Shown: positions 46,630 through 57,204 of the stretch, piece by piece | Numbering within the stretch: position 1 is the stretch's first letter | Layout of the letters: each line of letters begins with the position of its first letter | Assembly: GCA_048538275.1 (NCBI GenBank) | Contig: JBLYPW010000001.1 | Coordinates: 113,248 to 177,247, forward strand | Length of the DNA: 64,000 nucleotides | Reading direction: 5' to 3' | Origin: Candidatus Komeilibacteria bacterium | GTDB lineage: Bacteria > Patescibacteriota > Patescibacteriia > UBA1558 | Program-made: the position numbers and the translations under genes | Notes under the pieces: model-generated | What the model saw: only the letters and a program-made list of their open reading frames with translations | Told to the model about the DNA's origin: nothing | Databases searched by the model: none

Positions 46630-48389
46630 TTATGAGAGTAAAATATCTTACAATTCGGAATTTTCGTGGCATAGACAAATTGGAGAATTTGGAAATTTCT
46701 AATTTGAATACTTTTGTCGGAAAAAATGATGCTGGCAAATCAGCAATCCTTAGAGCTTTAGCGTGTTTTTTTGACGTCAAGAAATTTGATATAAAAGATG
46801 TTTTTAAGGGAAAACAAGATAATGACGTAACTTCCATAGAAATATCTTTTGAACCGTCAGTTGAAATTGATGATCTTGCTTTAGACAGTAGAAAACTGAT
46901 TACGATCAAAAAAGAATTTGTCGTTGTTAATGGTAAAGCAAAATCATCTGAATACTACCTATCTAATGACTACATTGATGAAAAGTATCAAAATCTTTGG
47001 AATAAAAAGGAACAAGATTTAAATCAAATTATTTCTGATCTTGGAGAGGAACCAAACAAATCAGGACGAGGTAAGAAAAATATAATTCGAATAGATCAAA
47101 TTAAAACGGCACTCGCAAGAAATATTAGAACGGACACCTACCATGAACTTGAAGACTTTTTAAAAAACATTGAAAAAACCTACAAAATCAGTTTACCTGA
47201 ATACTCCCTTTTTGACGCCGAGCAAGATTTGAATATTGAAGCGACAAATTTTCAATCTCAATTTAAGCCGATTATTTCAGCATATTTTGAAACTACAAAG
47301 GACAAAACCGCAGAAATTGAGAAGGGTCTTAAACAAGACTTGGCGACTGAATTTGAAGAGATTAGAAAGTATATGACAAAAAATGTTTCTGGGTTGAAAA
47401 AACTTAATCCTACAACGGATTTTGATTGGTCCAAATCGTTAAAAAAGTTTGATTTAAACTTGGAATTTGAGGGTCAAAATTTTGATGTTCCAATTTCTCA
47501 TAAAGGCACCGGCTTTAAAAGATTGTTAATGGTTGCGTATTTTGAATATTTAGCAAACAAGAAAAGCATAAAAAATCAAATTTTCGCCATTGAAGAGCCG
47601 GAAACATATCTTCACCCCTCTGCACAGCAAGACCTTCTAAACTCTATTGTAAGAATTTCTGAAGATTCACAGTTTTTTCTAACAACACATTCACCGGTTT
47701 TTGCTGGAGCAACTGACGGAAAAAATTCAATTTTAGTTATAAAAGATGAACTTGGTATATCTCATTATTCAAGAGAGGAACAAGATATTATAGATCAAAT
47801 TATAAATGAACTGGGAATAAGACCAGACTACAATCTCTTAAAAGAAATTAAGTATTTAATTTTTGTCGAGGGTGTAGACGACATTCACTTTTTAAAAACA
47901 TACGCAAAAACCGTACTAAATAAAGATTTGGAAAATGACAAGATACTTTGTGTTATTGGTGGTGGCGGATCATTAAAAAATTATGCAGACCTTAATTTAT
48001 TTAAAAAACTAAAAGGCAATAATCTTTATTCCGTGATGGTTGATGGGGATGACCAGTCAAACGGAAAAGCTAAATGGTGCGAAAGAATAAAAGCTAAATG
48101 CGATGAAGATACAGCTGATTTTAAGAAATTGAGTAAGAGAGAAATTGAAAATTATTGTCATCCTCAGGCAATATGTAGAAAATGCACAGATTTAGATATT
48201 TCTAAAATTGCCATTCAAGATGACACTGACGTTGCAAAACACCTGAAAGAGATAGGTTTAGTAAAGAATTTTAAAAATGATCTAAATATTGAAGTTTTTA
48301 ATGAAATGACAAAAGAAGAGTGGGAGCAAACAGATTCAAATAATGAAGTTAAAGTTTTTATCGAAGCAATATACACAAAAATATCATGA
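46608..48389 (+). CDS. OLD-family nuclease (N-terminal ABC-type ATPase + C-terminal Toprim)
   Basis: Walker [16 protein letters not shown]; ABC signature/D-loop region [19 protein letters not shown]; Toprim-like [11 protein letters not shown] and MVDGDD. Overlaps res by 22 nt. The start may be the internal MRVKYL (46632). Confidence 0.7.
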   Translation: MGIVGSIIMRVKYLTIRNFRGIDKLENLEISNLNTFVGKNDAGKSAILRALACFFDVKKFDIKDVFKGKQDNDVTSIEISFEPSVEIDDLALDSRKLITIKKEFVVVNGKAKSSEYYLSNDYIDEKYQNLWNKKEQDLNQIISDLGEEPNKSGRGKKNIIRIDQIKTALARNIRTDTYHELEDFLKNIEKTYKISLPEYSLFDAEQDLNIEATNFQSQFKPIISAYFETTKDKTAEIEKGLKQDLATEFEEIRKYMTKNVSGLKKLNPTTDFDWSKSLKKFDLNLEFEGQNFDVPISHKGTGFKRLLMVAYFEYLANKKSIKNQIFAIEEPETYLHPSAQQDLLNSIVRISEDSQFFLTTHSPVFAGATDGKNSILVIKDELGISHYSREEQDIIDQIINELGIRPDYNLLKEIKYLIFVEGVDDIHFLKTYAKTVLNKDLENDKILCVIGGGGSLKNYADLNLFKKLKGNNLYSVMVDGDDQSNGKAKWCERIKAKCDEDTADFKKLSKREIENYCHPQAICRKCTDLDISKIAIQDDTDVAKHLKEIGLVKNFKNDLNIEVFNEMTKEEWEQTDSNNEVKVFIEAIYTKIS

Positions 48390-49645
48390 ACGAAATAATA
48401 TGTCCAAAATGTAAAAAAGTTTTCAAAGTCGATGAGGCTGGTTTTGCTGATATACTAAAACAGGTGCGCGACCATAAATTTGAAGAAGAGTTACAGGAAC
48501 GATTAAGCATTGCTGAAAAAGAAAAAGAAAATGCTATTAAATTAGCTGAATCTAATCTAAAAAATACATTACAAGAGGAGTTAACGAAGAAAGATAAGGA
48601 GCTATCAGAATTAAGAGTCGAAAAGGATCGTAATCTTGCGGAACAATTGGCAAAAAAAGAAGCCGAGCTCACCCAAATGAAATCAAAGATTGATAAGGCA
48701 GAAGTAGAGCAAAAACTCAGTGTCACTCAAGCAGTTAATACAGTAGAAAAAGAACGAGATGATCTTAGGGTTAAATTGCAAAGTAAAGAACAAGAAATAC
48801 AACTTCGAGAGGTTTCATTAAAAGAAAAATATGAAAATGAATTAAAAACAAAGGACGAAGTTATTGAGAGGTATAAAGACATGAAGCTAAAGCTTTCTAC
48901 CAAAATGGTTGGCGAAACTTTAGAGCAACACTGTGAAACAGAATTCAATAAATTACGTGCTACTGCCTTTCAAAAAGCTTATTTTGAAAAAGATAATGAT
49001 GCTAGTAGTGGTAGTAAGGGGGATTATATTTATCGCGAAACTGATGAAGCAAAAAATGAAATTATCTCTATTATGTTTGAAATGAAAAATGAGGGAGATG
49101 AAACTGCTACAAAAAAACGAAATGAAGACTTTTTAAAAGAATTAGATAAAGATCGTACCGAGAAAAAATGTGAATACGCAGTTCTTGTTTCGCTTTTAGA
49201 GGCAGATAGTGAATACTATAATACTGGTATTGTTGATGTTTCTCATAAATATCCAAAGATGTATGTTGTCCGACCACAATTTTTTATTCCTATTATTACA
49301 TTGCTTCGTAATGCTTCTTTGAAATCAATGCAATATAAAACAGAGTTAGCGATAGTAAAAGCACAAAACATTGATGTAACTAATTTTGAAAATCAACTTA
49401 ATGATTTTCGTGATTCATTTGGTCGGAATTGGCGCTTAGCTTCAGAAAAATTTGCAACCGCTATTGATAGTATTGATAAATCAATTGCTCAGTTACAAAA
49501 AACAAAAGAAAACCTCTTACGATCAGAAGATAATTTAAGAATTGCAAACAACAAAGCAGACGAATTAACAGTAAAAAAATTAACAAGAGGTAATCCCACA
49601 ATGACAGCTAAATTCGCAGAGATTAATGAAATTGACAAAAAATAA
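48386..49645 (+). CDS. zinc-ribbon + long coiled-coil protein (DUF2130-like), operonic with the OLD-family gene
   Basis: N-terminal [10 protein letters not shown] zinc ribbon and extended heptad-rich sequence. Family assignment is from memory only. The start overlaps the upstream stop by 4 nt. Confidence 0.45.
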   Translation: MNEIICPKCKKVFKVDEAGFADILKQVRDHKFEEELQERLSIAEKEKENAIKLAESNLKNTLQEELTKKDKELSELRVEKDRNLAEQLAKKEAELTQMKSKIDKAEVEQKLSVTQAVNTVEKERDDLRVKLQSKEQEIQLREVSLKEKYENELKTKDEVIERYKDMKLKLSTKMVGETLEQHCETEFNKLRATAFQKAYFEKDNDASSGSKGDYIYRETDEAKNEIISIMFEMKNEGDETATKKRNEDFLKELDKDRTEKKCEYAVLVSLLEADSEYYNTGIVDVSHKYPKMYVVRPQFFIPIITLLRNASLKSMQYKTELAIVKAQNIDVTNFENQLNDFRDSFGRNWRLASEKFATAIDSIDKSIAQLQKTKENLLRSEDNLRIANNKADELTVKKLTRGNPTMTAKFAEINEIDKK

Positions 49646-49950
49646 TATTATCTATAATTTATTTAGCTTGAATCAGCAAAAATAGTTCTAAAGTCGTCCC
49701 GGTATGCGAGCCAAGAGAAACGATGCTATTTAAGTATCGTTTTTCTTTTTTAACTTGGCTCGATTTTTTTTGTGGCTTTTTTATAGTTGCCTTTGCTCTA
49801 CCCGTCCAGCGTGCATTTCGCGCGACCAAGCTGCGTCATAAATTCTCAATGGACAATAAAAACAGCTCAACTTTTTGAGGTGTTTTTGAGTTTACATTGT
49901 GGAGGACAGGGTGTATTATGATAGGGTAAATTAATCATTTATATGCAAAT

Positions 49951-51456
49951 ATGGAACATACTAGTAGTAGTAAATTGAGCAAAAACTTAATTTTGGAACT
50001 TTTATTTAGTACGGGTTTAGCTATTTTTTGGGTTATTTTTTTATGGAATTTTTGGGATAAAGGAGTTTATGTTTTAGGTTTTAATGCCACTATTTTTGGC
50101 TTTATTTTTTTACTTTTATTTATTTGGGTCTTGTATAGAAAAAATTATTATATAAAAAATGATTTGTTTTGGATTATTCCTATCGGGTTAATTTTTTTGA
50201 GTTATTCTTTATATGATAATCCTTTTTTGAAAATGATTAGTTTAGTGGTCACGCCTATTATGTTGGTGCTTTTTTATAATCAAGCTTTCTGGCCTGATAA
50301 AAAAACCAAACTTTGGGATTTGACCTTTATTTTTAGAATTATTGGTAGGTTTTTTTCTTTTCTGCCAAAACTCAGTCAAACAGCACGGCTTTATTTAAGC
50401 TTACTCATGCCTGTTAACAAAGCTAAGCAGAGCATTATAGTTAGAATTATCGGCGGGATTATTTTATTTTTAATAATTGCCCTAACGGTTTTTATCCCGC
50501 TTTTGTCATCAGCCGATCTGATGTTTGCTGATAAAATGCAAGCTATAAATGAGTGGTTTTTGCATATATTTTCTTCGCTTTTTGTTTATAAATTATTAGT
50601 TGTTCTAGCATTGATGCTGGTATTTTTTTCCGCCTTGCAAGCCTGGGGTAGAAAATTTGATTATCAAGCCAAAGAAGAATTTGATACTAAGATTGATTCC
50701 ATTATATCCGGCATCGTCTTGGGCGGTATTCTTTGTTTATATTTATTATTCTTAGGAGTGCAAATAAACCGCTTATGGATTGGGGCGCTACCTTTTGATT
50801 TTCAAGAAACAGAAAGTTTAGTAAAGAGTGGTTTTTGGCAATTACTAGTTTTATCTATTATCAATATTTTAATATATTTTACTACCTACAGAAAAACCAC
50901 ACTATGGGTACAAAGAATATTAACGGTCTTTACAGTCGCGTCATTATTTTTATTGATTTCCGCGGGCTATCGTATGGGGCTTTATATTACTTATTATGGG
51001 CTTAGTTATGAAAAGTTTTTTGCTTCTTATACCGTCATCTATTGTGCTATTTTATTTATTTGGTTGATTATTCAGTTATTTCTCAAACGGGGAGCTAATA
51101 TATTGAAGTTTATAATAATTCTTTTTCTGTGGATGTATGCTTTAGTTAGCATTGCTCCGGTTGAACAATTTATATTACGTAGCAATATTGCCTTGAGCCA
51201 AGTTAATGGATCAAGAATTAGATTGTTTGAACTGACAATGTTATCGCCAGATATTCTTTCTTTGGTGAAAAAATATGAACAACGAGGATTATTACAAGAG
51301 AATGTTGGTTATCTTTCTCGGGAAAAAGAAAATAAAACTAATGATAAGTTTGATTGGCATCCGTGGATTGAGCGTCAAGAAAAAACAATAGCAGATAAAG
51401 TTTGGTATGAAAAAAATTTCACCAATGTTTTATACTCAATAAATAACGATCAATAA
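49951..51456 (+). CDS. polytopic membrane protein (about 12 TM), hypothetical
   Basis: 501-aa ORF with about 12 evenly spaced hydrophobic helices. Confidence 0.45.
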   Translation: MEHTSSSKLSKNLILELLFSTGLAIFWVIFLWNFWDKGVYVLGFNATIFGFIFLLLFIWVLYRKNYYIKNDLFWIIPIGLIFLSYSLYDNPFLKMISLVVTPIMLVLFYNQAFWPDKKTKLWDLTFIFRIIGRFFSFLPKLSQTARLYLSLLMPVNKAKQSIIVRIIGGIILFLIIALTVFIPLLSSADLMFADKMQAINEWFLHIFSSLFVYKLLVVLALMLVFFSALQAWGRKFDYQAKEEFDTKIDSIISGIVLGGILCLYLLFLGVQINRLWIGALPFDFQETESLVKSGFWQLLVLSIINILIYFTTYRKTTLWVQRILTVFTVASLFLLISAGYRMGLYITYYGLSYEKFFASYTVIYCAILFIWLIIQLFLKRGANILKFIIILFLWMYALVSIAPVEQFILRSNIALSQVNGSRIRLFELTMLSPDILSLVKKYEQRGLLQENVGYLSREKENKTNDKFDWHPWIERQEKTIADKVWYEKNFTNVLYSINNDQ

Positions 51457-51460
51457 TGCA

Positions 51461-52351
51461 TTGCTGCTCAATATGAAAAAACCAATCATAATTTTAATCA
51501 TTATACTTGCGTTGATTACTTTAGTTGCGTTGTATTGGTTTGTGAGAGGTGATGCCTGTTTGACTCAGCCACCATATTTTAATTGTCATATACAAAATAA
51601 GTTTGCGGAAATAGATGCCGAATTTAACAATTTATCAGGCCAAATTTTAAGTTTAAACGAGCCATCTATTTTTAATATTGATAAATATGATGGTATATTT
51701 TCTTTTGATCATATAGGAGAAGATACAGATGTTGGTGTTGGTTGGACTAGAATAATGCAAAATGAGGAGATTAGGGATTCTTTGGGGTTTTATACCAATT
51801 ATATTGATCCTATACTGACGCCTTTGACCGAAAATACATTGATAGGTTCGGCATGGCAATGGCCAAAAGATAGTAAACTGTATAATGGGCCATTTTTTAA
51901 TTATTATTTGGACTTTAGTAGACGACAAACTACTGTGCTACCCACCAAAGGCAAATTAATGGCCAAGTCATCAGATGGTAAAAAAGTTGTTTTTTTGGAG
52001 AGTGAATGTGTCAAAAATCCCGCTGTTATGGAAATAGATCATAGCTGTAATAATAAAAATTTAAGTTTAAGGTTAATTACCTTGCCTCCTGTGAATGATG
52101 GCTATTTTATTACACATTTTGAAGCGACAAAATTACTTGATTTTAATCATATTATTTTTTCTCCCGACGATACGAGATTAGTCATAGAGGCCAAAATTGA
52201 AGCCATGGACTATGACACGCCCACCGCATATTGGAATTTGTTTATCATTGATACTGAAAACGGAGAAATTATTAAACAAAATAATAGATTATCAAAGAGT
52301 AGATATGAGCATGTTTTTTGGTCTGATAATGTTAATATAATTTATTGGTAA
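51461..52351 (+). CDS. hypothetical secreted/membrane-anchored protein
   Basis: N-terminal TM; no motifs. Confidence 0.4.
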   Translation: MLLNMKKPIIILIIILALITLVALYWFVRGDACLTQPPYFNCHIQNKFAEIDAEFNNLSGQILSLNEPSIFNIDKYDGIFSFDHIGEDTDVGVGWTRIMQNEEIRDSLGFYTNYIDPILTPLTENTLIGSAWQWPKDSKLYNGPFFNYYLDFSRRQTTVLPTKGKLMAKSSDGKKVVFLESECVKNPAVMEIDHSCNNKNLSLRLITLPPVNDGYFITHFEATKLLDFNHIIFSPDDTRLVIEAKIEAMDYDTPTAYWNLFIIDTENGEIIKQNNRLSKSRYEHVFWSDNVNIIYW

Positions 52352-52448
52352 ATTGATGATTATGTCGCCTGTCAATAATGCGCTTTTTTGTTTATATTAG
52401 AAAAGTTTATTATAATGACGGTGTAGTAAATAATTAATTTATTATTTT

Positions 52449-52916
52449 ATGAAGTTAAAAGTAGGTGATCAGGCACCGGATTTTTCGGCACTTGATCAAA
52501 AAGGTGAGGAACATAAGTTGGCCGATTATAAGGGTCGGTGGCTATTATTATATTTTTATCCCAAAGATGATACGCCCGGGTGCACGACTGAGGCTTGTAC
52601 TATCAGAGACAATTATGCGGATTTTAAGAAAATTAAAGCTGTGGTATTAGGCGTGAGCGTAGATAATGTTGCCAGTCATGTTAAGTTTGTCCATAAATAT
52701 AAATTACCTTTTATTTTATTGGCGGATGAAGATAAAGTAATTGTGAAGGCTTATGGCGCTTGGGGTAAAAAGAAATTTATGGGTCGTGAATATATGGGTA
52801 CTAGCCGTATTTCTTTTTTGATTGATCCGCAGGGTAAGATTGCTAAAATTTATGATCCAGTGAAACCAGCTAAACACGCCGCAGAAGTATTGGCTGATTT
52901 AGAAGAATTGGTTTAG
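52449..52916 (+). CDS. bcp: thiol peroxidase Bcp (peroxiredoxin Q)
   Basis: FYPKDDTPGCTTEAC peroxidatic Cys motif; 155 aa. Confidence 0.85.
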   Translation: MKLKVGDQAPDFSALDQKGEEHKLADYKGRWLLLYFYPKDDTPGCTTEACTIRDNYADFKKIKAVVLGVSVDNVASHVKFVHKYKLPFILLADEDKVIVKAYGAWGKKKFMGREYMGTSRISFLIDPQGKIAKIYDPVKPAKHAAEVLADLEELV

Positions 52917-53198
52917 TGATTTTGGGGCAAGATGACAAATTGAATAAGTAAGTAGTTGCTTGCCATTATTATGACATTTTTATTTGATCTAGTTTTATTG
53001 GGTAGCAAGAGAATTGGTCTGCAATGTTTTGTGATTTATGATAATGTTTTTATTTGGTTTTTAAATTGTTAGCAGGGAGGGCAGCGTTGGGAAAGAAAAA
53101 AGAAGATCATATAATTATTGCTAAGCGATTAGTCTTCTCTTGGTTTTCAAAAACCCTTCGTCAAGGCGAAGGGTTTTTCATTTACTGATCAGTTTGAT

Positions 53199-54563
53199 TT
53201 AGGCAGCTTGGTCAATCAGCTTTTCAACTGCATCTATTAAATCGCGATCGCTATAATAAAGATAGAGCTGATCGGTCCAATCCGGATCATTGATATTGAT
53301 GGTCGGATCTACGCCTCGGCCTTCAATCGGCTGATTATCATCACGCAAGGTAACACTATTGACTAAAAACATTTTATAAGTTTCAGTGTCACTGATTTGA
53401 TTATCAATATCATAAACAGCCTCAATCGTACCCCAGCCACGTGATGTAGTGCCGACTAAAACACCCACATTATATTTTTTTAAAGTGGCGGCCATTACCT
53501 CAGCAGAAGATTGACCTAGCTCGTCTTGAAGAATGACGACTTTTTTGTAAGGCACCAAACTAGCCAACCAGGTGGTTTTGGTTTTATAGGGGGTATATTC
53601 ACCTTGATGATAGAATTCAAAAGCTAGATTATTGGGCCCGATAAATGGTCCCAGCAAATAAGGCATAATATCAATAGAGCCGCCGACATTACCGCGCAAG
53701 TCCAAAATCAGGCTGTGTAATTCTGTATGATCGGCAAAACTATCCGCCACTTGTTTTAATTCATTGGGTGTGGTGGGGGAAATTTTCTTAATGCTCAAAT
53801 GAAGTATATCCGGTTTTATTATTTTGCCGTAGACAGTCGCTTCCACGCCACTTTGATCATAAGTTTGGCGAGAAGATTCTTGTGTGAGGGTTTCTTGCGC
53901 GCGCTGCACTTTTTCCAGGTCTGTCTGGGCGGCTTGTTTGGTAGCTTCGTCTGCATTTGGATTGTTTATGGTTTGTTGTAGTGCATTGGCTTTGCTTTGG
54001 GCGGCGCTGGCGATTTGTTTTTCGTCAGCGTTTTTATCTACCCCGATAGTATCATACAGGTTGGTTTCCGGGTCAATATTTTTAACATTATTCCAAAGAG
54101 CGGTTTCTTTTTGCGTAGTATATAGACCACTGCGTCCGGTTGGTTGTAAATTGTATAATACAATAGTGGCTAAGTTAACGCTGAATTCTTGCTTGGCTTT
54201 TTTATCTGGTAATTGTTCTATAATTTGATCCAACATGATACGCAGACCGGTTTTGTCATTGGCAATAGTGACCTCTGGTTCGTGATCCAGCTTGGCCGCG
54301 CCCAGTTTATAAAGATTGAATAATTGTTCGTCACTAATTTTTTCCCAGTAGTTGGCTTGGATTTTATCATAAATCTCTGTTAAGAAGGCCACGTAGGGAT
54401 TAACTTGCTGCTCATTAATATTATGATTCCATAAATTTGTCGGCCACTGTAGCTGACGAGATAATAAAAAACCACTGCTGAGCAAGCCCAGAATGATAAG
54501 CGCGCCAATGATCCATTGCCAGTGACGAGCAATATGCCTTTGTTTATTCCAAGTTATTCGCAT
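53199..54563 (-). CDS. S41-family C-terminal processing peptidase-like protein
   Basis: N-terminal TM; LILDLRGNVGGS motif; GQSSAEVMAA (Ser region) and LVGTTSRGWG. Confidence 0.6.
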   Translation of the reverse strand: MRITWNKQRHIARHWQWIIGALIILGLLSSGFLLSRQLQWPTNLWNHNINEQQVNPYVAFLTEIYDKIQANYWEKISDEQLFNLYKLGAAKLDHEPEVTIANDKTGLRIMLDQIIEQLPDKKAKQEFSVNLATIVLYNLQPTGRSGLYTTQKETALWNNVKNIDPETNLYDTIGVDKNADEKQIASAAQSKANALQQTINNPNADEATKQAAQTDLEKVQRAQETLTQESSRQTYDQSGVEATVYGKIIKPDILHLSIKKISPTTPNELKQVADSFADHTELHSLILDLRGNVGGSIDIMPYLLGPFIGPNNLAFEFYHQGEYTPYKTKTTWLASLVPYKKVVILQDELGQSSAEVMAATLKKYNVGVLVGTTSRGWGTIEAVYDIDNQISDTETYKMFLVNSVTLRDDNQPIEGRGVDPTININDPDWTDQLYLYYSDRDLIDAVEKLIDQAA

Positions 54564-54963
54564 GGTTTATATTATAGTATAAAATAATAATCTTTGCCAT
54601 GCGTGGGCTTTTTTTGTAATCAATTGTATAATGAAAATATGAAGAAAAGATTGTTCAACTTCTGTTTTGTTTAGCCAGCTGATAAAATATTATTGGATAT
54701 GAAAAAAAGCGGTTTTGGTAGCAGTCATGGAAATGGTGGCATCGCTAAAATTAGCGAGGGATATTATCAGTATTGCTCAGCGGCAAGCAGAGGAAAGTCA
54801 GGCAATAAAGTCGCAATGGTTTTTTTGCCCGAAATTACTTGTATTCAGCTGTAATGGGATGATAAACTGTGTTTACCTTTGTATTTGCAGAGTAAAAAGT
54901 TTAGAGTTCGTTTTTAGTTTAATGATTAGGATCAGGTGGATCAATATAAAATAAAAGAAGTAG

Positions 54964-55551
54964 ATGAATTATAAAAATAAAATTGTTGATTGGCAGGAGG
55001 CGGCCGGCATTATTAAAAATGGTGGTATTGTTGTTTTACCAACGGATACTTTATACGGTGTGGTAGCCAGCGTTTGGCAGCCGGCCGCCGTAGAACGATT
55101 ATATAAAATCCGCCGGCGACCTTTGGATAAGCCGTGCATTGTATTATTGGGTGAGCAAAGGCAATTATTGGCATTTGATATTCATTTAACTGCCAAACAA
55201 GCAAATTATTTGCGACAATGGTGGCCGGGGGCTGTCAGTGTGGTTTTGCCCTGTGCTGGTGAGAAATGGCAGTATTTACATCGTGGTCAGGACAGTTTGG
55301 CTTTTCGCTGTGTGGCTGATGATAAGCTGCGCCAATGGTTGATTGAAACTGGTCCAATCATCGCGCCCACTGCTAATTTATCAAATCAATCGCCAAGCTT
55401 AACCATCGCTCAAGCAATGGACTATTTTTCTGATCAGGTAGATGGTTATGTTGATGCAGGAAGGAGAGAGGGCCATCCTTCTACTGTGATCAGTTTATTT
55501 ACTGATAAGCCTCAGATTTTAAGACCGGGGGCAATAAAATTGAATTTATGA
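54964..55551 (+). CDS. tsaC: L-threonylcarbamoyladenylate synthase (YrdC/TsaC)
   Basis: YrdC-domain motifs LPTDTLYGV, KIRRRPLDKP, GPIIAPTANLSNQ. Confidence 0.8.
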   Translation: MNYKNKIVDWQEAAGIIKNGGIVVLPTDTLYGVVASVWQPAAVERLYKIRRRPLDKPCIVLLGEQRQLLAFDIHLTAKQANYLRQWWPGAVSVVLPCAGEKWQYLHRGQDSLAFRCVADDKLRQWLIETGPIIAPTANLSNQSPSLTIAQAMDYFSDQVDGYVDAGRREGHPSTVISLFTDKPQILRPGAIKLNL

Positions 55552-56474
55552 ATAATAGACTGTGGAATATAGATTTATTGAAATTTATTGCCATTATAAT
55601 GATGGTGATTGATCATATTATGATTAGTACTGTGGGACAGCTCAGTAATCCCTGGCAATTATTATATTTTAGTTTTGTGCCTTTGTGTCAAATGGCTTTT
55701 TTATTGTCTTCTGGCTATTTATTAGCTCGTTTGTGGCAGCCGGGACGTTGGCGCTGGTATGCTTGGCGGGCAGCTGAATTAGCCTTGTTGTTTATTGGTA
55801 TGAGCTGGGCGGTAGGCGAGAGCTTACTTGGCTCTCAGTCTATTTTAATGTCCTTTGCTTTAAGTATTGTGATAGTAATGCCTTTTTTACAATGGCATAA
55901 GATACCGTGGTTGTGGTGGGTAATAGCTTTATTTATAGGTTTGGATATATTAATGTGGCAACAAGGTGGTCATGGTTGGGGTCAGGCGTGGTTATCTGAT
56001 TATAGTTATCCGGTCAATTCTTATGGTTTGTATTTTATTCTGGGCGCATTGTTGGCCCATTATCAAGATCGTTGGCGGGCTTGGTGGCATAAAAAATCGG
56101 TGGGTCTGTTAGCTTTAGCTTTATTGTGTTTTTATCCACTGTTCTTTTTTTCCGGAATTATTATCAATAAATATAATTTGTATTGGCATTTGCCTTGGTT
56201 AGTGGCAGTTAGTACTTATTTGGGGTGGTATGCCATTTATCATTGGCCGACAACTACGCCACGTGGTTGGGGCTGGATTAGCCGCGTGGCCGATGCTTTG
56301 TTGTGGATTTATGTTGTTCATTATATTGTCTTATTTGGCTGGGCCACAAAGCATGATTGGCAATGGTGGCAAGCCAGTTTGGCGGTCTTGTTCATTATTA
56401 TAGTATTATCTTATACAAAAAAAGCCTGGCTACAATGGCGCCAGGCCAGAAAACATATTTTAGCGGCTAGCTAA
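55548..56474 (+). CDS. Trp-rich polytopic membrane protein (TraX-like N-terminal motif, putative)
   Basis: N-terminal LLKFIAIIMMVIDHI resembles the TraX-family start; about 8 TM. Confidence 0.35.
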   Translation: MNNRLWNIDLLKFIAIIMMVIDHIMISTVGQLSNPWQLLYFSFVPLCQMAFLLSSGYLLARLWQPGRWRWYAWRAAELALLFIGMSWAVGESLLGSQSILMSFALSIVIVMPFLQWHKIPWLWWVIALFIGLDILMWQQGGHGWGQAWLSDYSYPVNSYGLYFILGALLAHYQDRWRAWWHKKSVGLLALALLCFYPLFFFSGIIINKYNLYWHLPWLVAVSTYLGWYAIYHWPTTTPRGWGWISRVADALLWIYVVHYIVLFGWATKHDWQWWQASLAVLFIIIVLSYTKKAWLQWRQARKHILAAS

Positions 56475-57145
56475 TCATTAATACTAGCGCGGAAGATGTC
56501 TTCGTCCGGTTTGTGTGGTAAATGACGAATGCTATTGATATAATTTACCTTGATAAATCCATCTTTATCAATCGCAACTTTGGAAACAGATGATTCATAA
56601 ATTTCCATAGAAAGAAAGCCAATTACATCGGCATTGATAATGCTGGTAAGCATAGCGCGAATCATATTGCCATGACAAAACACGGCAATTTTTTTATTGC
56701 GATGGCGGCGCCAAAGTTTAGCTAGTTCGCGGCGCATTTTGGTTTGCACTTTGTCTAGCTGTTTGTCCAGACGGCGATAGCTATGCATTGTACGGTGACG
56801 ATTATTTTCTTGTACATTAAAATATTTTATTTTTTGCCATTCCGTCCAATCAAATTCATTGAGATTTTTATTGATATTGATACGATGATGAAAATCGCGC
56901 GTGGCTATAGCAGCGGTTTCTTGAGCGCGTTGTAAATTGCTGCTATAGATGATCTGCGGGTCAACTTTTAGTAAACGCTTGCGTAGGAGGCGGCTTTGTT
57001 GCTGTCCCAATTTTGATAAGGGCATAGCTTTATCGCCGACAATATTTTTTTGGGTATAGTCAGGATGACCGTGGCGAATTAAATAGATCTCCGTATAGGG
57101 TCCGGTAGCAGCTGGTTTATTGGTTTGGCGAGAGGATGTGGGCAT
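56471..57145 (-). CDS. histidine phosphatase family protein (PGAM-like)
   Basis: N-terminal RHG motif (IYLIRHGHPDY) and QRAQETA. Confidence 0.65.
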   Translation of the reverse strand: MPTSSRQTNKPAATGPYTEIYLIRHGHPDYTQKNIVGDKAMPLSKLGQQQSRLLRKRLLKVDPQIIYSSNLQRAQETAAIATRDFHHRININKNLNEFDWTEWQKIKYFNVQENNRHRTMHSYRRLDKQLDKVQTKMRRELAKLWRRHRNKKIAVFCHGNMIRAMLTSIINADVIGFLSMEIYESSVSKVAIDKDGFIKVNYINSIRHLPHKPDEDIFRASIND

Positions 57146-57204
57146 ATGAAAATTAACATTTAACTTTTATATTATAATGTATAATAGGTAATTTGAGAAA
57201 TTTA

